Assembly (NCBI GenBank): GCA_963668175.1
Contig: OY764159.1
Coordinates: 1,216,001 to 1,280,000 of the forward strand
Length of the DNA: 64,000 bases
Direction of reading: 5' to 3'
DNA from: Syntrophales bacterium
Lineage (GTDB): Bacteria > Desulfobacterota > Syntrophia > Syntrophales > PHBD01
This document shows, piece by piece, positions 19,906-29,707 of this stretch. The notes beneath the pieces were generated by a model, which saw only the letters and a list, made by a program, of their open reading frames with translations, was not told the DNA's origin and did no database searches. The first letter of the stretch is position 1. Every line of letters begins with the position of its first letter. Position numbers and translations under genes: made by a program.

Positions 19906-20757
19906 ATGAGGACGATCCGCACCATCACCTGGAACCTTTCCGATACCGGCGATATCGGTCCGAAGATTGATCTGCTCAGGGAGGCTATCCGCGAAGCCGG
20001 TGAAGACACGGGGGTCATTGTCTGCCTCCAGGAAGTGACCAGCCAGTATTATCGTGAACTTCTCAACTGCGGCCTCTTTTCGGAAATAGTCTGTTCGCTG
20101 AATGTCCGCTCGTCGGACCGTTTCGATCCCGAGGATAGGCCCCTCGGGTGCGCTTTCGGCTGCACCGGCAAGATCAATCTGGGGACCGGATCGATCTCCG
20201 GCAGGCTGCCCGACATGGACGCATCGAATGCTATGCCGCAGTCTTCTCCGGAGACCGACCACGGCATGATGCATCTTGTCAATGTCCATTCCCTCAACGG
20301 TATCAGCTTCAATAAAATGAAATCGGTCCAGTCTGCATCCGTTGCCCGGTATATATACAGCCTGGCGAAACACAACGAATCGGTCATATTCTGCGGCAAG
20401 ATCAGCGATGATTTCCTGGAAGAGAACGATACCCCCTCTGAGGAAGCCTCGCCGTCTTACGGAAACTGGCCGGACCCGGCCGGAACGTTTTTCGGCGTGA
20501 ATCCCCGCCACCACCTCCAGGAGGCGTTGAGGATGTGGCTGAAGAGCAACCCGGTCTGCATGGCGTCGCGTCTGCAATCGCCTGCGGACGGTCCTTTAAG
20601 CGTAACGCTTATCAAGGGAGGGGATCATCACTACGATTTTCTCTTTATCTCACCCCAGTGGGTTGTAAAGCACATCGATCAGCGCCAGGACGAATCCCTT
20701 AGAGCCGGAAGCCGCCACGCCATGGTCGTCTGCGACCTGGCCCATGAAGCAGCCTGA
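19906..20757 (+). CDS. Endonuclease/exonuclease/phosphatase (EEP) family protein, degenerate
   Basis: ITWNL, CLQEV, VNVH and YDFLF retained; GKIS and SRH replace GDxN and SDH. Confidence 0.7.
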   Translation: MRTIRTITWNLSDTGDIGPKIDLLREAIREAGEDTGVIVCLQEVTSQYYRELLNCGLFSEIVCSLNVRSSDRFDPEDRPLGCAFGCTGKINLGTGSISGRLPDMDASNAMPQSSPETDHGMMHLVNVHSLNGISFNKMKSVQSASVARYIYSLAKHNESVIFCGKISDDFLEENDTPSEEASPSYGNWPDPAGTFFGVNPRHHLQEALRMWLKSNPVCMASRLQSPADGPLSVTLIKGGDHHYDFLFISPQWVVKHIDQRQDESLRAGSRHAMVVCDLAHEAA

Positions 20758-20874
20758 TCCCGGTACTATTCCATTGCTTCGTCGGTATGCTTTTCCTCTT
20801 CAGCGTCCTGTCCTCTTCGGTCCGCCGGGAAAAGGCCACACAAGATCCCTGGATATGAAACCTCAGGTCTATCT

Positions 20875-21495
20875 ATGAAGTATCTCATCGCATCGCTCTT
20901 CTGGATAGCTTGGTGTGCTCTCCATAGCGTTCTGATTGCAACGCCGGTCAAGACCTTCTTCGAACACCTCCTGGGACGGACCTTTCGCTTTTATCGCCTC
21001 GCCTACAATCTGATCGCATTCCTAACCTTGATACCCGTGTTTCTAGTTTCCCGCACAATTTCCTCGCCGCTGTTCTGGCGATGGGAGGGGATGCTGAAGA
21101 TGGTCCCTCTTTTCCTTCTGGCTTGCGGCGCGTTCCTGTTTCTCGCCGGCGCACGGCGATACGACGGCCTGGAGTTCCTGGGGGTCCTGCAGATACGTGA
21201 GAACAGGTTAGGAGCCTCGATCTCTTCCGGCGACAGATTGAGCTTGGACGGCATCCACCGCGTGATCCGCCATCCCTGGTACACGGGAGGCATCATGGTC
21301 GTCTGGGCGAGGGATATGACCGTCCTCGATCTGATCGTCAATGTTATCTTGACAGTCTATTTCATTGTCGGGGCTTGCCTGGAAGAGGAGAGGCTGATCC
21401 GCGCCTTCGGCGAACCCTATCGTCTCTATCGGAGGGAGGTGTCCATGCTGCTGCCCGTCAAATGGTTGAAGACTGTTCTTCGCGGGAGGCATTAG
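20875..21495 (+). CDS. Membrane methyltransferase, ICMT/NnrU/MddA-like
   Basis: Hydrophobic helices; LHS, YRLAYN, IRHPWY, EEERLIRAFGEPYRLY. Confidence 0.75.
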   Translation: MKYLIASLFWIAWCALHSVLIATPVKTFFEHLLGRTFRFYRLAYNLIAFLTLIPVFLVSRTISSPLFWRWEGMLKMVPLFLLACGAFLFLAGARRYDGLEFLGVLQIRENRLGASISSGDRLSLDGIHRVIRHPWYTGGIMVVWARDMTVLDLIVNVILTVYFIVGACLEEERLIRAFGEPYRLYRREVSMLLPVKWLKTVLRGRH

Positions 21496-21544
21496 GGAGA
21501 TGTTGGAGGTTTTTAGGACGGAATGACGGACGGGTCCGGATGTG

Positions 21545-22711
21545 TCAGGCACCTTCGATCAAATCGAACAGGGAAAAGACCTTGGCGAAGCGCATCTCCC
21601 AGGTATGCTCCGTCCTGGCCCTTCGGTAGCCCGCAAGGCGAATCTCTTCCGCCGTATCCGGATGGGCGAGGAGATAGCGGATTTTCTCCAGCAAGTCGTC
21701 GAATCCCGTATAGGTCATGATCTCCTCCCCCGGCACGAACACGGATTCGATCTCGGGATGGTGTTCGGTGAGGTAGAGACCGCCGCTCATGGGGATCTCG
21801 AAGTCGCGGCCCTTGAGGCAGAAGGTGTCCTGGTGCCCGGAGACGCCTCCGAAGCCGAGATTGATGCGGCTTCGCGAATAGAGCTGCGTCATGGCCGGAA
21901 GCGAAAGCGGACCGTTCGGCCAGCCGTGCCCGTAGGCCTCGACCCGGATGCCCTTTTCGATCAATTTCCCGATGACTTCCGGCCGGTTGCCGTAGCACTG
22001 TCCGACAAAGGAGACGTCGATCGTCTTTTCGCAGTCGACGGGCCGGTGAGCATCCGGATTGGCCCCTTCCGGAAGGTAGAGGGGCGTGGCCCCTTCCACG
22101 CAGTATTTTTTCAGGGCGTCTTCGGTGCTTGTCCAGGAGAGGTCGAAATAACGGCAGATGTCCCGGGCGCCCATGGCAAGTCCGTTCCTGATCCTGCCGA
22201 CGAACTGTTCCTTGTCGTTCAAAGCGAGATTGACCATGGGGATACCGAAGACGGCCAGTTCCGTCATGGCCTCCGGCCCAATCAGCTCTCCCGACAGGTA
22301 GGTGAAGACGAGGTCCAGCGGCTTTTCACGGTGCCGGGATGCGACCTGTCCGACGAGATGCCTGTTCATGGCTGCCTTAAGCGTCCTGTGCCAGCGGTCT
22401 TCCTCCTGGTGGTTGAACTCGTCGAACCAGTCGTAATGCTGTACGGCGCCGAATTTCGCAAGCGCCGGCAGGAGCGAGTCGTTTTCCCAGGTATAGTGGT
22501 GATAGACGGCGAGAATATTGAGCGTTCCCTTGGGTTTTGGCGAGATGCGGGGATGCCGGGCCCGTAAACTCTCCCGGATGGCGCCCTCGCCGGGGATCGA
22601 AAGGCCCATCTCGCGAAACCGCTGCCCGTAGAAGCGCAGTTCCCGGGCCAGGCGCCGTCGGTTCAGCCATGATCTTATGCGATGCCGGTAATTCTTCAAA
22701 GGATCGTTCAT
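21545..22711 (-). CDS. CgeB-like glycosyltransferase (GT-B, Glyco_trans_1_2)
   Basis: IDVSFVG, SRINLG, KGRDFEIP, EHTWEMR. Confidence 0.8.
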   Translation of the reverse strand: MNDPLKNYRHRIRSWLNRRRLARELRFYGQRFREMGLSIPGEGAIRESLRARHPRISPKPKGTLNILAVYHHYTWENDSLLPALAKFGAVQHYDWFDEFNHQEEDRWHRTLKAAMNRHLVGQVASRHREKPLDLVFTYLSGELIGPEAMTELAVFGIPMVNLALNDKEQFVGRIRNGLAMGARDICRYFDLSWTSTEDALKKYCVEGATPLYLPEGANPDAHRPVDCEKTIDVSFVGQCYGNRPEVIGKLIEKGIRVEAYGHGWPNGPLSLPAMTQLYSRSRINLGFGGVSGHQDTFCLKGRDFEIPMSGGLYLTEHHPEIESVFVPGEEIMTYTGFDDLLEKIRYLLAHPDTAEEIRLAGYRRARTEHTWEMRFAKVFSLFDLIEGA

Positions 22712-22712
22712 G

Positions 22713-23660
22713 TCAGGCGGTGTCGCGCCATAAGGTGTAAAGCCTCTGGCCGTTGGACTTGTTGACGAGGTCATTCATCATGTTGAGCACATGGCCCGCA
22801 TCGAAGGCGGGGACGGACAAGGCACGGGACGCGTCGCTGCAGATGAGAAGGGCGCCGACACCTGCCCCGACGAGGCAGATATCCGTGTCGGCCGGTATCT
22901 TCCGGAGGATGTCGTCTTTCATTGTCGGCCAGCGTGTCGTAACATAGGCAGCGGGAATCTCGACGAAGGACAGCTCCGGGCGGCTGGCGCGGTTCTCGAA
23001 CCATCGTACGCATGCCTCCCTGTTCCAGTCGGAATTCAGGATGCAGATCTTCCTGCCGTGAACGAGCCGCGCGAAAAGGTTTGAGGTCAGATAGGCGTAA
23101 ACGATATAGAAGGGGATGTAGTTGCCGCACGTAAGCTCGATTCCCTGCCGGCGGAGGAGATCGAGGAAAAGTCCGGCGGAGGGGTCCTCCTTCTTTTTTC
23201 TCTTGAAGGACCAGAACTTTCGTGTTTCCTGTTCCATCCCGTAACGCCCGATGTTGCCGGGATAGACAAGCGGCGCCAGATGCCCAGTTTTAGCCGTGAA
23301 AGCCAGGGCCTCGATATGCCGGGGCATTGCCTCGCGTATGGCCTCGGCCGATTCGGCCTGCTGATAGAGACCGTTGCAATGAAGGTCGAAGTCGTAATAG
23401 GCGTACTCGCCGTCGGCAAAACGTACGACCGGGAGGGCCTCCTTCCGGCCCATGGCGGTTTCCAGGCGCTTGTGGAGGATATCCAGATAGTCGTCGCCGG
23501 AGGCGACATCGCGGTGCAGGAGGCAGAATTCCTGGTCCGCCATGGCATGTCCGAAGACATCGTAGACGGGCATGTTGTCGATGCCGCCGACCTTCAGGTG
23601 GCCGAAGCGGAAGAAGCCTTCCGACAGGAGTTGAGTTAAGTAGTGCTTTTGTTCCGTCAT
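22713..23660 (-). CDS. Hypothetical protein, possibly GT-D fold glycosyltransferase
   Basis: VVRFADGE near the N-terminus, CLVGAG and FDAGH at the C-terminus resemble GT-D (DUF1792) motifs; glycan operon context. Confidence 0.5.
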   Translation of the reverse strand: MTEQKHYLTQLLSEGFFRFGHLKVGGIDNMPVYDVFGHAMADQEFCLLHRDVASGDDYLDILHKRLETAMGRKEALPVVRFADGEYAYYDFDLHCNGLYQQAESAEAIREAMPRHIEALAFTAKTGHLAPLVYPGNIGRYGMEQETRKFWSFKRKKKEDPSAGLFLDLLRRQGIELTCGNYIPFYIVYAYLTSNLFARLVHGRKICILNSDWNREACVRWFENRASRPELSFVEIPAAYVTTRWPTMKDDILRKIPADTDICLVGAGVGALLICSDASRALSVPAFDAGHVLNMMNDLVNKSNGQRLYTLWRDTA

Positions 23661-23719
23661 GATGCCCGATATCCAGCTTGATGTCGCTTCTTCTTCATTT
23701 TATCGTGTCTGCCGGTTGC

Positions 23720-24085
23720 TCACCACATTTTTTCGAAGTCGCTCTTCTGGTAGGTCTTGTTCAGGACGTCGAAGTAGCTCGAGCGTTTGTTGGCGCGGAA
23801 ATGATCGACCAGCGGCCGGTTGAAGATACGGAAGAGGAAGGCAACCGGCGTGAGAACGGCGAAATAAATGACAGCGAGGATGATCTTCGAATTGACGTTG
23901 CCCAGGACCATCGCGAATTTCAGCCAATACCGGGCCAGGGACGTCGTGATCCGGGTCTCGAAGACGCCGCCGATTAAAAGCAGCAGAGCCGCCCAGACGA
24001 GCCAGGAGGCGCCGAAGATCAAGTAGGCCCCGATCAGCGCTGCGGAAAGGACGGCAATGGTTTTTAATGTCTCTGTTTTTTCCAT
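23720..24085 (-). CDS. SxtJ family membrane protein
   Basis: WLKFAMVLGNVNSKIIL...YFAVLTP; lies downstream of the carbamoyltransferase. Confidence 0.8.
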   Translation of the reverse strand: MEKTETLKTIAVLSAALIGAYLIFGASWLVWAALLLLIGGVFETRITTSLARYWLKFAMVLGNVNSKIILAVIYFAVLTPVAFLFRIFNRPLVDHFRANKRSSYFDVLNKTYQKSDFEKMW

Positions 24086-24089
24086 GTTC

Positions 24090-24236
24090 TTAAAACAGGG
24101 TATAAATGAATGGGGCAATGGCGGAGCCGCTCGTAAATATCAGGATGCCGATTAGAAAAAGCACGATCACCATCGGCAGAAGCCACCACTTTTTTCGCTC
24201 TTTCAAAAACATCCATATATCTTTCAAAATTTCCAT
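24090..24236 (-). CDS. DUF5989/SxtK-like small membrane protein (48 aa; absent from the ORF track)
   Basis: Translated by hand: MEILKDIWMFLKERKKWWLLPMVIVLFLIGILIFTSGSAIAPFIYTLF*. Confidence 0.9.
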   Translation of the reverse strand: MEILKDIWMFLKERKKWWLLPMVIVLFLIGILIFTSGSAIAPFIYTLF

Positions 24237-24324
24237 TTATCGCGTACCTTTCTTTTCCGGTTCTGACTGTCATGCGCAGCTCCCGCCTTCTCCGTCCCCG
24301 GCGGGCGGCACATAGGCCTTCATT

Positions 24325-26187
24325 CTAATCGAGGCCGTACTCCTCGCGCCAGTCCCTTTCCTCGTGCCAAACGGGCTGCTCCTGTTTGTCGAAGACGAAA
24401 TCGCCCACGACGAGGTAATCCATGTCCGTTCTCATAAAGCATCTGTAGGCGTCTTCGGGCGTACAGACGATAGGCTCGCCCCTCACGTTGAAGCTCGTAT
24501 TGACGATGACGCCGAAGCCCGTCTTTTCCTTGAAGGCGTTGATGAGGTTCCAGAAACGGGGATTGGTTTCCTTATGGACCGTCTGGAGCCTCGCCGAGTA
24601 GTCCAGGTGTGTGATGGCTGGGATATCGGACCGGACGTAATAGAGCTTCTCCCGGATGGGCATCCGGTGATAGCCTTCCGGCAGCGGGCATCTTCGCTTT
24701 TCGCTGACGCCCGCAATAAGCAGCATGTACGATGACGGGGCCTCCAGGTCAAAATAATCGAGGCGGTCTTCAAAGAGTACCGAGGGTGCGAAAGGTCGGA
24801 AGCTTTCCCGGAACTTGATCTTGACGTTAAGGCGCTTCTGCATGTCCTTGTTCCTGGCGTCACCCAGGATGGAACGGTTGCCGAGTGCGCGGGGGCCCCA
24901 TTCCATACGGCCCTGGAACCAGCCGACGGCCTTGCCCGAGGCGAGGTATTCCGCGACGCGGGTGCACAGCTGCATGAAATCGTCGTAGTGATGATAGGGT
25001 GCCTTGTAACGCTTGGCAGTCGAACGGATGTCGAATTCGGAGAATTCGGGTCCCAGGAATGCGCCACCCATCCGGTCGGTTCGTCCGTTTACGGTCCGTC
25101 CGTTTTCGAAATACATGTGATGGATCGCGTAGGCCGCACCGAGCGCGCCGCCGGCATCGCCCGCCGCCGACTGGATCCATATGTCGTCGAAGACCTTCTG
25201 CTTGAGCAATTTGCCGTTGGCCACGCAGTTCAGGGCGACGCCGCCGGAAAGGCAGAGCCGCTTCGACGAGGTCAGTTTCTTGGCGGTTTCGGCCATCTTG
25301 AAGACGACGTCTTCCGTAATCTGCTGGATAGCCATGGCCAGGTCGGCGTGGTGCTGCTCCAGGGCGCTTTCCGGCTTCCGGGTGGGGAAGCCGAAGATTT
25401 CGGCCCATTTCTCGTCGTTGACCATCCGCAGGCCCGTGGCGTAGTCGAAGTATTCCTGGTTGAGCCAGACGGAGCCGTCTTCCTTGACGTCGACGAGTCG
25501 GTCGCGGATGATCTTCCGGAAATCGGCGACCCGCTGGGACTGGGGATCGCCGTAAGGCGAAAGGCCCATCAGTTTGTATTCTCCCGAATTTACGCGGAAA
25601 CCCAGGTAGTAGGTGAAAGCCGAGTAAAGGAGGCCCACCGAGTGGGGGAATTTGAGTTCCTGAAGGACCTTGATGTCCCTCCCTTCGCCGTGGCCGATGG
25701 AGGCCGTCGCCCATTCGCCGACGCCATCGACGGTCAGGATGGCCGACTCTTCGTAAGGCGAAGGGAAGAAGGCGCTCGCGGCGTGCGAGAGATGGTGGTC
25801 CGTGAAGAGGAGCCTGGTCTTATCGCGGTCGTAGGGGCCGAGTTTCTGAAGCTCCTCGCGGATGAGGGACTTCAGGAACACCTTCTCCTTGATCCAAACG
25901 GGGATGGCGGAGAGGAAAGACGTGAATCCCCGGGGGGCAAAGGCGTAATACGTTTCGAGAAGCCTTTCGAACTTAAGCAGAGGCTTGTCGTAGAAGGCCA
26001 CTGCGTCCAGGTCGGCCGCCGATATGCCGCCGTACTCCAGGCAAAACGCTGCGGCCCTGGACGGAAAGGAGGGGTCGTGCTTCCTTCGCGTAAAACGCTC
26101 TTCCTGGGCTGCGGCAACGATGTCGCCGTTCATGAGAAGGGCTGCCGCCGAATCGTGATAAAATGCCGATATGCCTAAAATATTCAT
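24325..26187 (-). CDS. O-carbamoyltransferase (NodU/CmcH/SxtI family)
   Basis: YHDSAAA, EERFTR, HHLSHAAS, TVDGVGE, GPRALGNRS, FRPFAP, NTSFN. Confidence 0.95.
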   Translation of the reverse strand: MNILGISAFYHDSAAALLMNGDIVAAAQEERFTRRKHDPSFPSRAAAFCLEYGGISAADLDAVAFYDKPLLKFERLLETYYAFAPRGFTSFLSAIPVWIKEKVFLKSLIREELQKLGPYDRDKTRLLFTDHHLSHAASAFFPSPYEESAILTVDGVGEWATASIGHGEGRDIKVLQELKFPHSVGLLYSAFTYYLGFRVNSGEYKLMGLSPYGDPQSQRVADFRKIIRDRLVDVKEDGSVWLNQEYFDYATGLRMVNDEKWAEIFGFPTRKPESALEQHHADLAMAIQQITEDVVFKMAETAKKLTSSKRLCLSGGVALNCVANGKLLKQKVFDDIWIQSAAGDAGGALGAAYAIHHMYFENGRTVNGRTDRMGGAFLGPEFSEFDIRSTAKRYKAPYHHYDDFMQLCTRVAEYLASGKAVGWFQGRMEWGPRALGNRSILGDARNKDMQKRLNVKIKFRESFRPFAPSVLFEDRLDYFDLEAPSSYMLLIAGVSEKRRCPLPEGYHRMPIREKLYYVRSDIPAITHLDYSARLQTVHKETNPRFWNLINAFKEKTGFGVIVNTSFNVRGEPIVCTPEDAYRCFMRTDMDYLVVGDFVFDKQEQPVWHEERDWREEYGLD

Positions 26188-26241
26188 AATCCGATATATC
26201 GATCTTTAAAGCTGTCCATGAAATACGAAAATCCGTCGCCG

Positions 26242-26270
26242 TTCATATCGTGTTATTGAGGGGTTGGCAA
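26242..26270 (-). promoter_or_regulatory. Putative internal promoter for the carbamoyltransferase module
   Basis: Minus strand TTGCCA-N17-TATGAA. Confidence 0.4.
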
Positions 26271-26303
26271 CCTATTTTCTTGGCGCCGGGCTGAGTCCGG
26301 CCG

Positions 26304-27167
26304 TTACATGCCTTTCGTCTCTTCGTAGATAACCTTGTATCGCGTCAGTTTTTCCCGGGCGGCGGTTTTATCTCTCAAAAATGGCATCGTCGCCCGCAGA
26401 CTGAATATCCGCCAGCGGGCCTTCATGATGTCGGCTCGCCTGATGCGATCGACGGTTTCCGGGCGGTAATGTTTCCGATAGAAGTGATATTCCGCCCGCA
26501 CTTTTTTCCTCCATCGCTCAGCCGTCGGGGATTGTCTTTCGCTCTGTCCCCCGACGTGCATGACAACGGCGTTTTCGGCGTAGCCGATTTCATAACCCGC
26601 CTCCCTTATCCTCAGGCAGAGATCCTCGTCCTCGCCGTAGAGGAAGAAGGATTCGTCAAAACCGTTGACGGCGCGGATGATATCTGTTCTTGCCGCCATG
26701 GCGGCGCCGAGAACGCAGGCGATACGGCCGGGGAGGGCAGAGAGTTCGCCTGCTGCGTATTGTTCGCCCGGATAACGCTGGGAGACGGACTCCTGGTCGG
26801 TCCCGTCGGGGTTGACCATCCGGGCGCCTGCCAGGCCGACGAGGGGATTCCGTTCAAGAAAATCGCCGAGCGTCTTTAGGGTACGAAGCGGCAGCACCGT
26901 GTCGGGGTTGAGGAAGAAAATGAACCGCCCACGGCACAAGGGAAGGACCTGGTTGTTGGCGGCCGCGAATCCCCGGTTTTCGATGTTGGCAGTGAGATGA
27001 ACACCGGGAAATTGCCTGCGGATGACATCGGTGCTGTTATCCGTCGAGGCATTGTCGACAACGAATATCTCCTTTTCGCAATCCTCGCTTGCAAGCGCAG
27101 ACGCCAGGCATTCGCCGATGAGATCGGCCGTGTTATAAGACACGATAACGATGGAAAAATCGATCAC
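26304..27167 (-). CDS. GT2 glycosyltransferase (WbbL-like)
   Basis: VVDNAS, GFAAANN, LNPD, FFLYGEDEDLC. Confidence 0.9.
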   Translation of the reverse strand: MIDFSIVIVSYNTADLIGECLASALASEDCEKEIFVVDNASTDNSTDVIRRQFPGVHLTANIENRGFAAANNQVLPLCRGRFIFFLNPDTVLPLRTLKTLGDFLERNPLVGLAGARMVNPDGTDQESVSQRYPGEQYAAGELSALPGRIACVLGAAMAARTDIIRAVNGFDESFFLYGEDEDLCLRIREAGYEIGYAENAVVMHVGGQSERQSPTAERWRKKVRAEYHFYRKHYRPETVDRIRRADIMKARWRIFSLRATMPFLRDKTAAREKLTRYKVIYEETKGM

Positions 27168-27179
27168 GCCTCACTCCTG

Positions 27180-28343
27180 TCAGCGCCGGGATATGTCATC
27201 ATAGATCGCCTCCATCTTTGTCGCTGCGGCATCCCAGGCGCACGCTTCCGCCGTCCGCCGGGCTGCCCCGCCGAGGGTGTGCCGCGTTTCATCGGAGAGA
27301 AGCCTTGCGATCCGGTCGGCTATGGCGTCGCTGTCATCCGGACTATCGATGACGTAGCCGTTCTCTCCCTCACGGACAAGGTCCTTCGCCCCGACGCGGC
27401 CGCTGATGATTACGGGCAAAGAGGCGGCCATGGCCTCCAGGACGACCATCCCGAATGTATCGAACTGAGAGAGCATGGCATAAACATCCGCCGCCATATA
27501 AATTCTGTCCAGTGTGTCCCTTTTGACGACGCCGGTGAAGACGAGTCTCTCTTCCACGCCGAGGTTGCGGGCCAACGTCCTGTACTTTTGCTGATCGCCT
27601 TTCCCCACGATCACCAATTTCAATCCTGAAGAGGGATGCTTTTCCAGGACTTTGGCCACGGCGGCGATCAGCCGGTCAAGGCCTTTGACGTCGAAATTCA
27701 TGGAAACGAAGAGGACGACGATGTCGTCCTTCCCGATCACGTAGTGTTCCCTCATGTCCCGGCGGCACTCGTTGCGGTCAAGGCCAGCGTATGCAGACAA
27801 GGCGACGCCGGGATGCATCACTTCGATCCTCGTTGCTTCAAGGTCGGGGTACGCCTCAAGCAGAACGTCCCGGGTCAGCGTCGATACGGGCATAATGCGG
27901 CGGCAGGCCGGGTTCCGGATCAGGCAGCCCTCGACCCACGCCGTGCCCCGGTCGAAGAGGGACGGCCATCGCTTCCGTCTGATTCTTTCGATCCAGATAC
28001 GGTGAGGGATGCCGTGCATCGTGAAAATATCGGCAGAGAATATTCGGTCGTGGGTGTGGATAACATCAACATTGAGGCGGGTTAGGGCCTGTTGAACAAA
28101 ATAGGCGAAGCTGATCGTCGTCAGGAATTTAGGGAAACGGATGATGGGTATTTTATGAAAAAAGACGTGCTCCGACCGGGCAGACCAGCGATTGGCGAGG
28201 ACATGCATCTCAAAGCGGCCCTTGGCGGCGATCCGTTCGGTCAACTCGGCCGCAAATCCTTCCGCACCTCCGACGAGGCCGTATTTGGGAATGACGACGG
28301 CGATTTTCTTAATCGTTTCGGATGGCAAGTTGGCTGAAATCAT
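27180..28343 (-). CDS. GT4 glycosyltransferase (WaaG-like)
   Basis: GGAE, KGLD, FGMVVLEAMA. Confidence 0.9.
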   Translation of the reverse strand: MISANLPSETIKKIAVVIPKYGLVGGAEGFAAELTERIAAKGRFEMHVLANRWSARSEHVFFHKIPIIRFPKFLTTISFAYFVQQALTRLNVDVIHTHDRIFSADIFTMHGIPHRIWIERIRRKRWPSLFDRGTAWVEGCLIRNPACRRIMPVSTLTRDVLLEAYPDLEATRIEVMHPGVALSAYAGLDRNECRRDMREHYVIGKDDIVVLFVSMNFDVKGLDRLIAAVAKVLEKHPSSGLKLVIVGKGDQQKYRTLARNLGVEERLVFTGVVKRDTLDRIYMAADVYAMLSQFDTFGMVVLEAMAASLPVIISGRVGAKDLVREGENGYVIDSPDDSDAIADRIARLLSDETRHTLGGAARRTAEACAWDAAATKMEAIYDDISRR

Positions 28344-28353
28344 GCGTCAAAGT

Positions 28354-29619
28354 TCAAGTTTGATTCGCTTCTCGAAGGGAATCCGGTTTCTGTTCCATAT
28401 GCCACAAGACGGTCATCATGCCCATGACGAGATAGAGCGCGATGGCCGGCGGACCGCTTAAAGTGTTTTCGAAAAGACTCTGGGTAAAAAGAGCGGCGAA
28501 GGCGGCAAGAAGACATAGACCCCATTCCCTCACATACGGGGACCTTCCTTTCCTGATGAGACCGAGAGCCATCTTCACGAAAGCATAGACTGCATAAAGA
28601 AAGAAAGCCAGCCCCACGAGTCCCGTCCGTACGGCAACGTCTATTATGCTGTTGTGAGGAGCCCTGGCAGGAGCGGACTGCTGGTACCGGGCAGGCAGGC
28701 GGGCATTGTATTTCTCCAGAAGACTTTTCTCGCCGTAGGCCTCCATGCCGAAGCCGATGCCGGCAATGGGGTAGTCCTTCACGATTTCGATATAGTTCAG
28801 GGCGATCTTGAGACGGTCCGTTATTTTTAGCTTTGCCATGAGGTCGGATGGTGAAAAACGGTCCCTCACGGGCATGATAAGGAGGGCCAACAGGAGGAAC
28901 GCTGCCAGGAAAGCAGAAATGCGCCTGTGCTTCATGATCAGGGGTGCCATGACGGCAAGAGAGACTATCATGGCGACGAGGGCACTTCTCGCCATCGTAG
29001 CGAGGGTGGCGACGCCGAGGATTGCCAGACATGCCAAGGCTGTCGCCCGGCCGTAAGGAGTTTTATCCCGGATCAGAGAGCCAAGGGCGAGAACCATGGG
29101 GAATAGGGTCAAGGTGCCGATGATGTTGGAAGAGAGTTCGTCAATGGAGACCAGACCGAGCTTCGTATCCAACGAGAACCCCTGGACGGCGTAGAAATAG
29201 ATCAAGGCCCAGAGGGCAAAGACCGTACTGGAACCGACAACGACGCCTATAAGCATGGATAACCGTTTCTCGTCGGGAAAGAAATGAACGACGAGATAGA
29301 GGAAGATCAGGTATTGGACAAGATGGGCATAAAAGTCGTGGATGCCGTTTTGGCGGTCTAGGGCAAAGACGAGTCCCACGAGAGACCATGCGGCAAAAAG
29401 GGCAAAAGGCAGCGTCAAAGGATTCCGGAAATGGAACGTCTTTTTCCCTGCGATATAGAGAATGATGGCGAACAAGAAAGACGCGTAGAAGCTGATGTTT
29501 TCGATGGCCGTCTTATGCGGGAAGGGATTAATCGCGATATAAACGCCAAGCAGAAAGGGGATACTGCCTGCCAGGAGCCGGAAAGCAACGGAATTCGCAC
29601 GAATCATTTTTACTTGCAT
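28354..29619 (-). CDS. O-antigen ligase family membrane protein
   Basis: Multiple TM helices; RSA, GIGFG, PHN (Wzy_C-like). Confidence 0.8.
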   Translation of the reverse strand: MQVKMIRANSVAFRLLAGSIPFLLGVYIAINPFPHKTAIENISFYASFLFAIILYIAGKKTFHFRNPLTLPFALFAAWSLVGLVFALDRQNGIHDFYAHLVQYLIFLYLVVHFFPDEKRLSMLIGVVVGSSTVFALWALIYFYAVQGFSLDTKLGLVSIDELSSNIIGTLTLFPMVLALGSLIRDKTPYGRATALACLAILGVATLATMARSALVAMIVSLAVMAPLIMKHRRISAFLAAFLLLALLIMPVRDRFSPSDLMAKLKITDRLKIALNYIEIVKDYPIAGIGFGMEAYGEKSLLEKYNARLPARYQQSAPARAPHNSIIDVAVRTGLVGLAFFLYAVYAFVKMALGLIRKGRSPYVREWGLCLLAAFAALFTQSLFENTLSGPPAIALYLVMGMMTVLWHMEQKPDSLREANQT

Positions 29620-29707
29620 GCTTTCATGCCGCTCTGGATTATAAGCGCCGCCACCGCATCTGCCGATCGAATCTGCAAACGCTTTCGGGCGGTTCCCTGC
29701 GCCGGCG

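Noticed and set aside
23720..26187. Saxitoxin biosynthesis
   Set aside because: Only I/J/K-like genes are present; no sxtA or other core genes; context is glycan synthesis
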